IMG/VR virus record: IMGVR_UViG_3300021431_000002
DNA length: 64,000 nt
From: a virus
Lineage: Duplodnaviria; Heunggongvirae; Uroviricota; Caudoviricetes
Direction: 5' to 3' (one strand)
Both the position numbers and the translations under genes were made by a program. The notes under the pieces are model-generated. The model had not been told where the DNA came from, made no database searches, and saw only the letters and a program-made list of their open reading frames with translations. Shown here piece after piece: positions 29,471-40,116 of the stretch (position 1 is its first letter; each line of letters begins with the position of its first letter).

Positions 29471-30572
29471 AACTTTGTCTGTCTATTGCTTTTACTACTG
29501 GAAATCTAAGTAAACCGTCATTTGTCACCCCAAAATAACAAACTGTTGCCATTTTACCCATATACTTTTCCTTATTTTCTAATATTTCTTTACATTTTTC
29601 ATCCGTGAATGCTAACGTTGCATTACAAATTTTATCATTTTTCAATTTTATTGTAAAACTTTCAGCAATTGTTTGATTTTTGCCAATATTCACGTCAATT
29701 ATTTCAAATTCATCATCTAGGAATTCTTTATATTTTAATAAATTTTTACTTCTTTTATGCTCATAAGGCGCATCAGTCCTTATTATTGCTCCTTCATACC
29801 CATCTTTTCTAAATTCATCGAAATATTTGTCAGCATCCTCTCTAGATTTAATTTCAAATGTTGGTACAACCACAACATTTTTCATGTTCGATAAATTATT
29901 TTTTATGAATTCTGACCTTTCTGAAAAACTTATTTCTTCGTTATCATCAAACCAAACATCATACACATAATATTTTACTTTTGATTCAATTTCTTTTTTG
30001 TCATTTTCAGTAAGTTTCTTCTTTCTCACTAAAGAAACAATTTTATTGAAATCATCATGTAATTCATGGTTATACAACTCACCATCCAAATGTATGTTTT
30101 TGTTGCTTTCTAGTAATTCTTTGACATCTTTTTCGATGTGTTGTGTTGTTTCAAATAACATATTATGCCTACTCAAAGATTGAATTTCACCAGTATTACA
30201 AGATATATTGCATCTTATTCCATCTAATTTTGGCTGAATGAATTTCATTTCTTTCTTATAATTCCCATCATATTTTTTCGCTAACATTGGTGGATTGAAT
30301 GTTACATTATATATATCTTCAATAGAAAGAACAAAACCTTCACGGTCTCTTTTCTTTTTCCACAGTGATGAAGCCTCAAGAACCGCTTGCTGCTCATTGT
30401 TTGTCTCGTTTGAACGCCCAATATTCTTAGCTTCGCAATAAACTTTATCTGATATTTGATTTACGCCATTAATGTTGCCAAACTCAGTCCAATAATAATT
30501 GTTTTCCACAAATATACTCCATTTGTTTATTGCACCAGTGGCTGTTTGTTTGTACAAAGTCGGAAATTCCAT
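29463..30572 (-). CDS. ATP-dependent DNA ligase
   Basis: QPKLDGIR (motif I), LDGEL, GYEGAIIR, KRSKNLLKYK, LRFP. Confidence 0.9.
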   Translation of the reverse strand: MEFPTLYKQTATGAINKWSIFVENNYYWTEFGNINGVNQISDKVYCEAKNIGRSNETNNEQQAVLEASSLWKKKRDREGFVLSIEDIYNVTFNPPMLAKKYDGNYKKEMKFIQPKLDGIRCNISCNTGEIQSLSRHNMLFETTQHIEKDVKELLESNKNIHLDGELYNHELHDDFNKIVSLVRKKKLTENDKKEIESKVKYYVYDVWFDDNEEISFSERSEFIKNNLSNMKNVVVVPTFEIKSREDADKYFDEFRKDGYEGAIIRTDAPYEHKRSKNLLKYKEFLDDEFEIIDVNIGKNQTIAESFTIKLKNDKICNATLAFTDEKCKEILENKEKYMGKMATVCYFGVTNDGLLRFPVVKAIDRQSYE

Positions 30573-30674
30573 ATTTTTTATTGCAAAGATATGTAAAAAA
30601 AATTAAAAAAACAAGTAATCCTGTTTAAAAAGCATAAAATTGCGTTATATTTTAAATGTAACTATTAAAAAATT

Positions 30675-33182
30675 ATGAGTAGATTTAGAGAAGAAGATTA
30701 CACAAAAGAGTTTAACGAGGTGATGAATTATATGTCAAACACCTTGTACAATGAATTTCCTACCGACACTATAACATTAGAATACTTGATTCTTTCCATT
30801 CTAGACAATAGGAATAGTCATGCAAACATGATTCTAGATAATTGTTTAATGTCGGATAACATTGAGGAACTTAGGAAAATATATGTATCTGTGCTCGATA
30901 AGCATATGAAGCCCCAGCTTAAAATGGATAACGCTCAATTTAATGACGAGTTAATTAAAGCAATCGAAGAATCAAAAAATGAGGCAGAAAAACTTGGGTC
31001 ACCGATTATAGGAACTGAACATTTGCTATTGGCGATTTTAAACAAGGAAAATGGTTTTTCAGAAACAGAAGTTTTTGATAAATTTAGATTGGAGTATGAT
31101 TTCATTTTCAATAAATGCCATATATCAATGGATAATAAAAAACAAATAAAAGAAACAAAACCGAAAAAATTACAAACAAAAAAAATTTCCAATAAAAAAA
31201 ATAATATGCCATTAAAAAGTGAGGTGAATACAAAAATTATATCTACAAATTCTTCAAATGAATTTGTTGAACAATATACAACTAGTCTAAATAAATTGGC
31301 ATTGGATGGCAAAATTGATGAAATCGTTGGAAGAGAACAAGAAATCAACGAAATAATAAAGGTTTTGTCTAGAAGAAAGAAAAATAATGCTGTATTAGTA
31401 GGAGAAGGCGGTTGTGGAAAAACAGCAATTGTGTATGGTATAGCCAATATGATTGTTAACGGTGATGTTCCTGAAATCTTGGATGGAAAAGAGATAGTAA
31501 TGCTTAATCCTATGGCATTGGTCAGCGGAACTCATTTTAGGGGAATGTTTGAGGAAAGAATTAACGGCTTGTTTACTGAACTTAAAAAAAGCAGTAAATA
31601 TATTTTGTTCATTGATGATATACACACTGTGCTGAAAAACGGGAGTAAAGAAAGGGATACAGATATTAGTGGAATGATTGGAGAGGCATTATCCGAGGGT
31701 TCAATTAAAATAATTGGCGCAACAACATTCAAAGATTATAGGAATTCAATTGAAAGTAATTCGTCTCTATCTAGGAAGTTCCAAAAAATTATTATCGACC
31801 CAGTTAGTAATGCAGAAGCAGTCAAAATATTGACCAATAACAAAAAATATTACGAAGAGTATCATAATGTGCAATATACTGAAAAAGCAATAAAAAAGGC
31901 TGTTGACCTAGCAGAAAGGTATATTACAGATAGGACACTGCCAGATTCAGCATTTGATATTATTGACTTGGCTGGAGCAAATACCTCTTTGATTGACAGA
32001 GAACCAATAGAAATACAAAACATCAAAAAAAGAATCAAAGAAATACAAAATGAAAAGGAGAATTCATTAAACAACGGAGATTTTGAAAAGATTGATGTTT
32101 TGAATGCTGAAGAAAATGTATTGAATGCAGATGTTGCCGATTATAGAAGAAGTAATCATAAAGATTCAATTGAACAAATCGTAATTAATGAAGATACAAT
32201 ATCTAATGTTGTCTCAGAAATAACTAAGATACCTGTATCAAAATTGTCTTCATCAGAAAAAAGTAAAATCGCACATATTGATGACACATTGAAAAAGAGT
32301 ATCATTGGTCAAGATGAGGCAATTGATAGCGTATGTAGGGTAATTAAAAGGAATAAAGTCGGTCTTGGGGATAAAACTAAAACAATGGCAAACATCCTTA
32401 TGGTTGGTCCAACTGGAAGTGGTAAAACACTTATTGCTAAAAAACTAGCGGAAGAAATATTTGGCGATGAAAAAGCATTGATTAGAATAGATATGTCAGA
32501 ATATTCAGAGAAAAATTCTGTTTCTAAACTTACGGGAGCAGCCCCAGGATATGTCGGTTATGAAAATGGTGGACAACTCACAGAAGCCATCAAGCATAAG
32601 CAGCATTGTGTTCTTCTTCTAGATGAGATTGAAAAGGCTGACCAAGAGGTTTATAACGTATTCTTACAACTATTCGATGAAGGCAGACTAACTGATAGTG
32701 CTGGACAGATTGTTAATTTCAAAAACGTTATTGTCCTTATGACATCTAACATAGGTGCTAGAAAAGCCGCTGAATTAGGAAATGGGTTGGGGTTTGTCAG
32801 CAACGAAGACTCAAATAAAAAGTCGATTATTGATAAAGAACTGAAAAAGAAATTTACTCCAGAATTTATAAATAGAATTGACCAAATAGTATATTTTAAT
32901 AATTTAACAGATGATAATTTAAAAAATATAGTTAAATTAGAAATAAATAAATTCAATAATAGATTAAATAATATAGAATATAATATAGAGTATACTGATG
33001 ATGTAGTAAACTATATACATGCAGAAGCAATCAAGAAAAAGGATTTGGGAGCAAGACCAATTATAAGGCTAATACAAACAAACATTGAAGATAAAATCAC
33101 AGAACTTATGCTCACAAACGATTATGAACCGAAATATGTGTTCCATGCTTCTTGCGAAAATGATGAAATTGTAATTAAATGA
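30675..33182 (+). CDS. clpC: ClpB/ClpC-family AAA+ chaperone
   Basis: Clp-N repeats (IGTEHLLLAIL), two Walker A motifs (GEGGCGKT, GPTGSGKT), RIDMSEYSEK and GAAPGYVGYE. Confidence 0.9.
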   Translation: MSRFREEDYTKEFNEVMNYMSNTLYNEFPTDTITLEYLILSILDNRNSHANMILDNCLMSDNIEELRKIYVSVLDKHMKPQLKMDNAQFNDELIKAIEESKNEAEKLGSPIIGTEHLLLAILNKENGFSETEVFDKFRLEYDFIFNKCHISMDNKKQIKETKPKKLQTKKISNKKNNMPLKSEVNTKIISTNSSNEFVEQYTTSLNKLALDGKIDEIVGREQEINEIIKVLSRRKKNNAVLVGEGGCGKTAIVYGIANMIVNGDVPEILDGKEIVMLNPMALVSGTHFRGMFEERINGLFTELKKSSKYILFIDDIHTVLKNGSKERDTDISGMIGEALSEGSIKIIGATTFKDYRNSIESNSSLSRKFQKIIIDPVSNAEAVKILTNNKKYYEEYHNVQYTEKAIKKAVDLAERYITDRTLPDSAFDIIDLAGANTSLIDREPIEIQNIKKRIKEIQNEKENSLNNGDFEKIDVLNAEENVLNADVADYRRSNHKDSIEQIVINEDTISNVVSEITKIPVSKLSSSEKSKIAHIDDTLKKSIIGQDEAIDSVCRVIKRNKVGLGDKTKTMANILMVGPTGSGKTLIAKKLAEEIFGDEKALIRIDMSEYSEKNSVSKLTGAAPGYVGYENGGQLTEAIKHKQHCVLLLDEIEKADQEVYNVFLQLFDEGRLTDSAGQIVNFKNVIVLMTSNIGARKAAELGNGLGFVSNEDSNKKSIIDKELKKKFTPEFINRIDQIVYFNNLTDDNLKNIVKLEINKFNNRLNNIEYNIEYTDDVVNYIHAEAIKKKDLGARPIIRLIQTNIEDKITELMLTNDYEPKYVFHASCENDEIVIK

Positions 33183-33347
33183 CATTTCTCTCATAATTCA
33201 AATATTTTATAGTTAAACTGAAGGGGGAAGCGATTTATCAAAACAATAACTTCCCCTAATTTTTTTTAAAAATAAGCAAAATATATTAAAAATTTTGGAT
33301 ATTTCAATTTTTTTTCATATATTTGCATCCGTAAATCGTAATCTCTT

Positions 33348-33920
33348 ATGATGATAGATTTATGCAACAAACTCATAGACAATGATTTAACGAGAAAAGA
33401 GTTGTTGGAACGTGTAGAAATACGCAAAACATCGGAAAAAGATTTAGAACAGATTTGTAAGACCTTGGCAAAGTCATTTAATCTTAGTTCAGAATTTGAA
33501 GCATTATTTCAATTAGAAAACTCAAAGGCAATATTAAATGAATCAATAAAACTAGTAGATAAAGAAACAGACGATATATATGGCTTGTTGATTTTCACTG
33601 AATATCCAATTGATAAGGGTTCTCCTATACGAATGGTAGAAAGTGGCATCACACAATATTTAAGTGATTATAAACAAGTAAACGGTCATTCATTCATTAT
33701 TGATGAACGCCTAAGAAACAGTGGGCTAGATAAAAAAATGTTACATTTCAATGTGGATTTTTTAATCGAAAACTATGATTTCATCTGGATTGGTATCGAA
33801 GAATCTCTGAGGTCGAAATCCTATTGGAAAAGATTAGGGTTTGTAGAAATCTTCACAATACCAGAAGCAAGTTTTTATCTTATGCCATTAAGCAAAAAAA
33901 TGATTAACGAATATTTATAA
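33348..33920 (+). CDS. GNAT-like acetyltransferase
   Basis: FIIDERLRNSGLDKKML...YWKRLGF. Confidence 0.55.
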   Translation: MMIDLCNKLIDNDLTRKELLERVEIRKTSEKDLEQICKTLAKSFNLSSEFEALFQLENSKAILNESIKLVDKETDDIYGLLIFTEYPIDKGSPIRMVESGITQYLSDYKQVNGHSFIIDERLRNSGLDKKMLHFNVDFLIENYDFIWIGIEESLRSKSYWKRLGFVEIFTIPEASFYLMPLSKKMINEYL

Positions 33921-33936
33921 TAAATGTACATTCGTT

Positions 33937-34287
33937 ATGAAAACAATTATATTGTCTGAAAATGGATTTAGAAAAATAAACAACACAATAATCGAAGAGT
34001 CCTACAGCGATAAAATTGAACTAGTTAAAAAATATCTAGATAACAATTTTATGAGAGCCACTTTTGAAAAAGATGGAGAAAATGTAGGAATCTTCGTGAA
34101 ATTGAGTAATCATCTTCCAACTGAGAAATCTTATTGGAAGCAAGACGTATTAGACATATTAGACAAAGAATTTAATAATACAATAACTGATAAAAAAGAA
34201 AGAGACGGATTTCTAAGCCAATTACTAGATGATTGGTATAATAACAAAATTAGTAAGTATGGAAGTCTGTCAGCATACAATTTTTAA
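33937..34287 (+). CDS. Late hypothetical protein with degenerate leader
   Basis: MKTIILSENGFRKINNTIIEES; TATTTATA at 33912. Confidence 0.6.
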   Translation: MKTIILSENGFRKINNTIIEESYSDKIELVKKYLDNNFMRATFEKDGENVGIFVKLSNHLPTEKSYWKQDVLDILDKEFNNTITDKKERDGFLSQLLDDWYNNKISKYGSLSAYNF

Positions 34288-34374
34288 TAACTAAGAGGAT
34301 GTGGTAACGTAACTCGCTCTCACATATCGTTACCCAATCAACCATTATTAGTTGAGCCTCACATAAAATTTAGA

Positions 34375-34809
34375 ATGATGAGAATAGTAAAAAAATTAAT
34401 TTTAACGTGTTTAATGTCGATTCTTGTGTTGACAGTAAATGCACAAGCAAAAAAAATGTATGATTGGACAAAAATAATGAATGCCATCATACAAGTAGAA
34501 AGTAAAGGAAATAGTAAAGCGTACAATGCAAATGGTGACTGTGTTGGAATTTTGCAAATTACGCCAATACTAGTGAAACAATGCAACATTTGGTTGAAAA
34601 ACCAAAAATCTCAGAAACGATATACTTTGCAAGATAGGTATGACGTTGAAAAATCGAAGGAAATGTTTATCATGATACAAGAACATTATAATCCTTCACA
34701 TAGTGTTGAAAAAGCGATAAGACTTTGGAATGGAGGACCTAGTTACACAATTAAAGGTACTAATGGTTACTATAAGAAAGTTATGAAATATTATAATGGG
34801 AGCAACTAG
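34375..34809 (+). CDS. Lytic transglycosylase (SLT/lysozyme-like) with signal peptide
   Basis: Signal peptide ending VNAQA; AIIQVES, GILQIT, RLWNGG. Confidence 0.85.
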   Translation: MMRIVKKLILTCLMSILVLTVNAQAKKMYDWTKIMNAIIQVESKGNSKAYNANGDCVGILQITPILVKQCNIWLKNQKSQKRYTLQDRYDVEKSKEMFIMIQEHYNPSHSVEKAIRLWNGGPSYTIKGTNGYYKKVMKYYNGSN

Positions 34810-34876
34810 CCCCCATTTTTTGTTTATTTAACATTCAATATTTGTATTTTAAAAAGGATACTTATATATTTGCATT

Positions 34877-35197
34877 ATGGAAACGATACAATTAGAATTA
34901 TTTGATGAGAAGTCACAATTAATCACCAAAATAAAATTTATGAATGGTTGGGTTTTAGTGGATAATCGTGATAGAGACATTAAAATTAGTGTAGGATTAA
35001 AACACCATTATCCTTTGGTTGTAAACTTAAAAGAAGAAAAAATATATGATTCTACTTGCGGTGAATCTCGAATTTTACCAACTGATATATACGCTAAAAA
35101 AATTAATATAAAACACTATATCCAAGTTTCAAATGTGTTGAGACTACAAAAAATGATATATAACAAAAAGAAATTTCAATTGGAAATAAAAAAATGA
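34877..35197 (+). CDS. Hypothetical protein
   Basis: Follows a TATATTTGCA promoter. Confidence 0.55.
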   Translation: METIQLELFDEKSQLITKIKFMNGWVLVDNRDRDIKISVGLKHHYPLVVNLKEEKIYDSTCGESRILPTDIYAKKINIKHYIQVSNVLRLQKMIYNKKKFQLEIKK

Positions 35198-35203
35198 GGA
35201 AAA

Positions 35204-35656
35204 CTATCTTTTCCTCATTTTATATTGATTGATTTTTTTACTACCAAAAGCCAAGTCATCGTAATTTTTTACGCCACTGTTTGCCTTTGATTGTCTTGGG
35301 AACTCTTTGAAGTTTCTAGCGGCATTTGGTGTATTAAGCCATCTATCTGTCGTGTTTTTTTGGTTTAAACCATCAATACTATCAAAATTTTCTGAATCAT
35401 TATCAACGCTGTTACCCATTCTATCAGACATCATATCACGCATGGTTGAACCAGTTATATTGCGAATCATTGGGTCATTCATTTGTGAATATGCGCTAGA
35501 AAGCCCCAAGTCATTTATGTTTTGGTTGCCATCTAGCTCAATATCCATAATGTCATCTTGATATTTGCTATATGCACCCTCTCTAATGATTCTTTTAACT
35601 GATTTTTCTATTATATTTTTTAAATCCGACTCTGTTAATCTAATAATTTTTCTCAT
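35204..35656 (-). CDS. Putative capsid-cargo protein with RLTE leader, outside the head cluster
   Basis: MRKIIRLTESDLKNIIEKSVKRIIRE; TATTTAT upstream; opposite strand to its neighbours. Confidence 0.7.
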   Translation of the reverse strand: MRKIIRLTESDLKNIIEKSVKRIIREGAYSKYQDDIMDIELDGNQNINDLGLSSAYSQMNDPMIRNITGSTMRDMMSDRMGNSVDNDSENFDSIDGLNQKNTTDRWLNTPNAARNFKEFPRQSKANSGVKNYDDLAFGSKKINQYKMRKR

Positions 35657-35779
35657 AGTAACTAATTTTTTTAATAGGGTATTTCCTATTCTTTATTGGA
35701 AAATCCCTATTTTTACATAAATACCTTGTTTTTCATAAAAAAATTAAATATCTTTGCAATAGTTATAAAAAAAGTGATT

Positions 35780-36259
35780 ATGAAAAAGATTATTAGTATT
35801 TTAATTGCGCTAGTAATGTGTGTGTCATTATCATCTTGTATCACAACAGCGCAAGCACAAGATGATGGGGTTTATGGTGATAACGTTGACATCAGTATAG
35901 TTATCTCAAATGGAACTCCTTATTATAATAGTAGTGGTCTTTTACTATACTATATATACCGTGATTATTATTATTATCCATTCTATTACAATAATAGGTA
36001 TTATTTTCATAGGTATCATAGACCATTACCTCCATCTAGGATGAATAGGTATAGACCAATCCCAAGAGATTTTTATAGGCATAGACCACCACATAGATAC
36101 TATGTAACACCTCCTAACAGAAGTACATACCATATTAGGTCAAATTTTAATCACAGACCAAATATAGGTAATCATAGGTATGGTAATGGGAACTTTGGAA
36201 GACAACAAATGCATAAAACTCAACCTAGAAATGGCGGCAGATTCGGTGGAAGGAGGTAA
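35780..36259 (+). CDS. Lipoprotein with Tyr/Arg/Pro-rich body
   Basis: Start 35780: MKKIISILIALVMCVSLSS-C lipobox; promoter TATCTTTG just upstream. Confidence 0.7.
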   Translation: MKKIISILIALVMCVSLSSCITTAQAQDDGVYGDNVDISIVISNGTPYYNSSGLLLYYIYRDYYYYPFYYNNRYYFHRYHRPLPPSRMNRYRPIPRDFYRHRPPHRYYVTPPNRSTYHIRSNFNHRPNIGNHRYGNGNFGRQQMHKTQPRNGGRFGGRR

Positions 36260-36375
36260 ATATTAAAAAATATTAAAAAAAAATTCTGTAAAATTTGGAA
36301 GTTTGGGAAAAAACTTATATATTTGCAATATCAAACTTAGAAAAAGATATTAACGTTACAAATTTAATTTAGATT

Positions 36376-36888
36376 ATGGAAGCAAAAATTTTTGTTATCG
36401 CTTTCCCAACTATGGAAACAGTTGTGGAGAAAATTAGTTCAGCACTTGATGAGGCTTTTAACGTAAAGCCAAAAAAGGCTGAGAAGTGTAAGGAAAAAGA
36501 GGCTTGCAAGCCTAAGTGTTGTGAGCGTGACTTTACGCCACCAAGATTTAAGAATCACAGTTTTATGCCACCAGCACCAATTCCACAATGGGGTGTTTGC
36601 GGAGAAGAGGCAAACGATGACCTTCGTTTCGGGGCTGAATTTGCTGTAGATGAACCACGCTGTGAAGACTATGACAAGCGTTGGCAGTTTGAAAGTGACC
36701 ACGAAGCATTCGACCGCTTTGTAGAGGCTGGTGAGGATTGTGTTGCAAGAGGTCTTGCAAGACCAGAAGGCGTTACAGCGCACAGATGCAATGCAGTACG
36801 TAAAAAGTTGAATGAAGCACCTCCAATGAATTTGGACTTGATTGGAGAGACACATTGGTGGGAGACTTTTGAAGATTTTGATTTTTAA
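36376..36888 (+). CDS. Hypothetical protein (own promoter and terminator)
   Basis: Promoter at ~36294-36327; hairpin AACGTGAAAGATT...AATCTTTCACGTT downstream. Confidence 0.7.
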   Translation: MEAKIFVIAFPTMETVVEKISSALDEAFNVKPKKAEKCKEKEACKPKCCERDFTPPRFKNHSFMPPAPIPQWGVCGEEANDDLRFGAEFAVDEPRCEDYDKRWQFESDHEAFDRFVEAGEDCVARGLARPEGVTAHRCNAVRKKLNEAPPMNLDLIGETHWWETFEDFDF

Positions 36889-37140
36889 CCTAATTTAACG
36901 TGAAAGATTTTGAATCTTTCACGTTTTTTTATATTTTTGCAATATGAGTAAAAAATTAGAGTATTTTTTATTAGATAGCCCTCTTTTACCTTGGAGTTTT
37001 TTTATATCCGTTAAACTGTGGAAAAAACTATGTATTAGGAAGCATAAACTAGCTAAAAAGTTGGGAATATATGATTATACGAAAATTTGAATTCGAGAAT
37101 ATAACCAAAGATTTCGTATCGGATAAACAAATAATTAAAA

Positions 37141-37362
37141 ATGAAAAATCAATGGAGTAAACCTATAGTTTTAAAAACTTATAAATACAAAGGCTTTATA
37201 ATAGAGTATTGGGAACAATCATTTTCAACAAATTATTCTGTTGTATGGCATCATGAATTTGTGGGTTTTAAAAATGGAGAAAGAGTAACAAGTGAATTAA
37301 ATCAACATCGTAGATATACTGATTGTATTAACGAAATTAAAAACATTATAATAAATGGGTAA
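37141..37362 (+). CDS. Hypothetical protein
   Basis: 73 aa; overlaps the thg1 start. Confidence 0.5.
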   Translation: MKNQWSKPIVLKTYKYKGFIIEYWEQSFSTNYSVVWHHEFVGFKNGERVTSELNQHRRYTDCINEIKNIIING

Positions 37363-38182
37363 TAAAAGAGACGGTCTTGGAGATAGAATGAAAAATAACT
37401 ATGAGAACAGAGCCAAGACATATTTATTGAGAAGAACACCAGTAATTATTAGGCTAGATGGTAAAGCATTCCACACATTTACAAGAGGTTTTGTGAAACC
37501 TTTTGATGCAAGACTTATGCGTGTAATGCAAGAAACAACATTAGAGCTTTGCAGAAACATCCAAGGATGTGTATTCGGCTACACGCAATCTGACGAGATT
37601 ACTCTTGTGTTAGTTGATTATAATGCACTTGATACTGACGCATGGTTTGACTATGGTGTTGAAAAAATGTGCTCAGTGGCAGCATCTATGTGTACGTTAT
37701 ATTTTAATAGAATTTTCGCTAGAATTTGCGGAGATTTTATTAAAGAACATGCTTCAAATGCAAAAGATAAAAAGAATCTTGGTGATGTAGCATGCCAAGT
37801 TGATAGGGTTCTGAAAGCATATATGAGGGGAATCAAAAATGGCGGGTTGTTCGATGCTAGAGTGTTCAACGTTCCAGAGGGAGAAGTCACAAATTGCGTA
37901 CTTTGGAGACAGAATGACGCAACAAGAAACTCTGTATCTTCATTAGCCCAAGCATATTTTTCACCAAAAGAATTGCATGGTAAAAACAGTAGCCAAATGC
38001 AAGATATGATGATGGAGAAATACAGTATCAATTGGAATAACTTGTCAATTCCAGAGAAGAGGGGTACTGCAATTATTAAGAATGGTGAAGGTGATTGGGT
38101 AATTGATGAGGAAATGCCAATACTAAGAGGTGAAGGTAGGGAATACCTAGAATCTAGAATACATTTTGAGGAAGAAGGTTAA
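37355..38182 (+). CDS. thg1: tRNA(His) guanylyltransferase, Thg1-like 3'-5' polymerase
   Basis: GDRMK.YE, IIRLDGKAFHTFT, YTQSDEI, FDARVF, WRQNDATRNS. Confidence 0.92.
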   Translation: MGNKRDGLGDRMKNNYENRAKTYLLRRTPVIIRLDGKAFHTFTRGFVKPFDARLMRVMQETTLELCRNIQGCVFGYTQSDEITLVLVDYNALDTDAWFDYGVEKMCSVAASMCTLYFNRIFARICGDFIKEHASNAKDKKNLGDVACQVDRVLKAYMRGIKNGGLFDARVFNVPEGEVTNCVLWRQNDATRNSVSSLAQAYFSPKELHGKNSSQMQDMMMEKYSINWNNLSIPEKRGTAIIKNGEGDWVIDEEMPILRGEGREYLESRIHFEEEG

Positions 38183-38263
38183 ATAATATTAAAATTGGAG
38201 TAGTTATTTGGCTATTCCAATTTTTTTTCGTATATTTGCATCAAACGATAAAACACTATATAT

Positions 38264-38734
38264 ATGGAAAAAACGATTAAGAACATAATTGAAGATAGCA
38301 AAAAAGGAAAAACCAATAAAGTATATGGGCTAATAAATAAGAAAAGTTTAATTAGGGAATATGAATGTCTAATTGTACCTATTAAACATATATTGGGTCA
38401 TTTATTTCCTAGTGCTATTAGTAAAAATTATAAAATTTTATTAACAAATACTAACAACGGCTACACTAAGATAATTGAAACTTGGCTTTCAGATGTAGAA
38501 CTGAATGGAAATAGGTTTTCATCGGATGACATACATTTTTGGAGGTATTATACAAACAAAAAAGATGCATTGGAAGAAGCAGTATCTACATATTGTTCCT
38601 TAAGCGAAGATGCTGAGTATTTGAGGGAAAATATAATTAAATTCTCCGATGAAGAAACTAGGGAGTTCTTAAAGGAACATGATAGTAGAATTATAAACGA
38701 CAGAAAAATTTTTAAAAATAGACAAATAAAATAA
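38264..38734 (+). CDS. Hypothetical protein
   Basis: Follows a host-type promoter. Confidence 0.55.
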   Translation: MEKTIKNIIEDSKKGKTNKVYGLINKKSLIREYECLIVPIKHILGHLFPSAISKNYKILLTNTNNGYTKIIETWLSDVELNGNRFSSDDIHFWRYYTNKKDALEEAVSTYCSLSEDAEYLRENIIKFSDEETREFLKEHDSRIINDRKIFKNRQIK

Positions 38735-38736
38735 AT

Positions 38737-40014
38737 ATGAAAGATACTTTCCAAACAATTACTGACGATAAAAGACTACTTTACGAATATGTCAGGGGTT
38801 CACATTTATATGGACTAAATAATGAAGATTCGGACGTAGATACAAGCGGACTTTATATTGCAACTAAAGAGGCGTTCATGGGGTTAGGTGCGGATTATCA
38901 AGACCAAATTTCTGATGAACGTCACGATACCACGTGGTATGAAATAGGCAATTTTGCTAACTTAATTCTCAAATCCAACCCAACGGTTTTAGAGGCATTG
39001 TTTGTTCCAGAGAATAAAATCATAACACCACCTAGTGAACTTATTATGCCTCTGTTTGAGAATAGAGACCAATTCATCACTAAAAAATGTTTTAAGCCAT
39101 TCGTTCAATACGCTATTGAACAAATCCATAAAGCAAGAGGATTGAATAAAAAAATTGTTAACCCAGTAACGCAAAGACTCACTCCTTTTGATTTTGCGTA
39201 TACCTTCTATAACCAAGGAAGCACTAAAATATCTAATTGGCTGAATAATAGAGGTTTGGATAAAAATTTCTGTGGTCTAGTGCATATTCCGAATATGCAT
39301 GATACATATGGTGTATATTATGATTGGGGTGCTCATATCCACCATAATTTAATCAAATATGAGGACTTGGAGTTGGCCGCTTTTGGCGCAAATCCTTTTG
39401 GTTTGCTGTTTTTTGGATGGTTTGGTTATGGACGTGTGGATGAAGAGACGCAGAAATTCGCCAAGTTCATCAAAAACTTTTATGGCATCAATACAAAAAA
39501 AGAACTTAAAGAGTGGTATGATAAAAACCAAGAGGTAATCCATTATCGTGGAATGTGCCTTGATAATTCAACGGACATGAGAGGGTCTTCTGTGTCAAAG
39601 GGAGAAACGCCTATCTGTTGGATGGTATATAACGAGAGTGGTTTCAAAGACCATTGCAAAAAATATAAAGAATATAAAGACTGGGAAAAATTCCGTAATC
39701 CAAAACGCTACGAATCGAATCTAGACAAAAACTATGATTCCAAAAACATGATGCATTGTGTAAGACTTATGCATATGGGTCAAGAAATCGCTGAAGGTAA
39801 AGGAATTAATCTTGAAAGAACTTGGGATAAAGAGTTTTTGATGAACATTCGCAACCATAAGTATGAGTATGACGAACTTATGGCTATTGTTGACGAAGAC
39901 AAACTAAAACTCGATGAAGCCATCAAAAACTCTACGATTAGAGAAAGCATTGATGTTGATTTGGTAAATAACTTGTTAATTGATATTAGAAAAAAAGCGT
40001 ATGGGTTGCTTTAA
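38737..40014 (+). CDS. Pol-beta superfamily nucleotidyltransferase (RlaP/phage NTase type)
   Basis: RGSHLYGLNNEDSDVD, KSNPTVLEALF, YDSKNMMHCVRL. Confidence 0.85.
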   Translation: MKDTFQTITDDKRLLYEYVRGSHLYGLNNEDSDVDTSGLYIATKEAFMGLGADYQDQISDERHDTTWYEIGNFANLILKSNPTVLEALFVPENKIITPPSELIMPLFENRDQFITKKCFKPFVQYAIEQIHKARGLNKKIVNPVTQRLTPFDFAYTFYNQGSTKISNWLNNRGLDKNFCGLVHIPNMHDTYGVYYDWGAHIHHNLIKYEDLELAAFGANPFGLLFFGWFGYGRVDEETQKFAKFIKNFYGINTKKELKEWYDKNQEVIHYRGMCLDNSTDMRGSSVSKGETPICWMVYNESGFKDHCKKYKEYKDWEKFRNPKRYESNLDKNYDSKNMMHCVRLMHMGQEIAEGKGINLERTWDKEFLMNIRNHKYEYDELMAIVDEDKLKLDEAIKNSTIRESIDVDLVNNLLIDIRKKAYGLL

Positions 40015-40116
40015 TAAATATGATGAGACTAGTTAATGCTAAAAAACGTTAAAATATTTGGTTTTATAACATTTTTTTTATATCTTTGCATTGAAAATTA
40101 TTTTAAATTTTAGAAA

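Noticed and set aside
36897-36925. ACGTGAAA as a further parS site
   Set aside because: Only a half-site, and part of a terminator hairpin.
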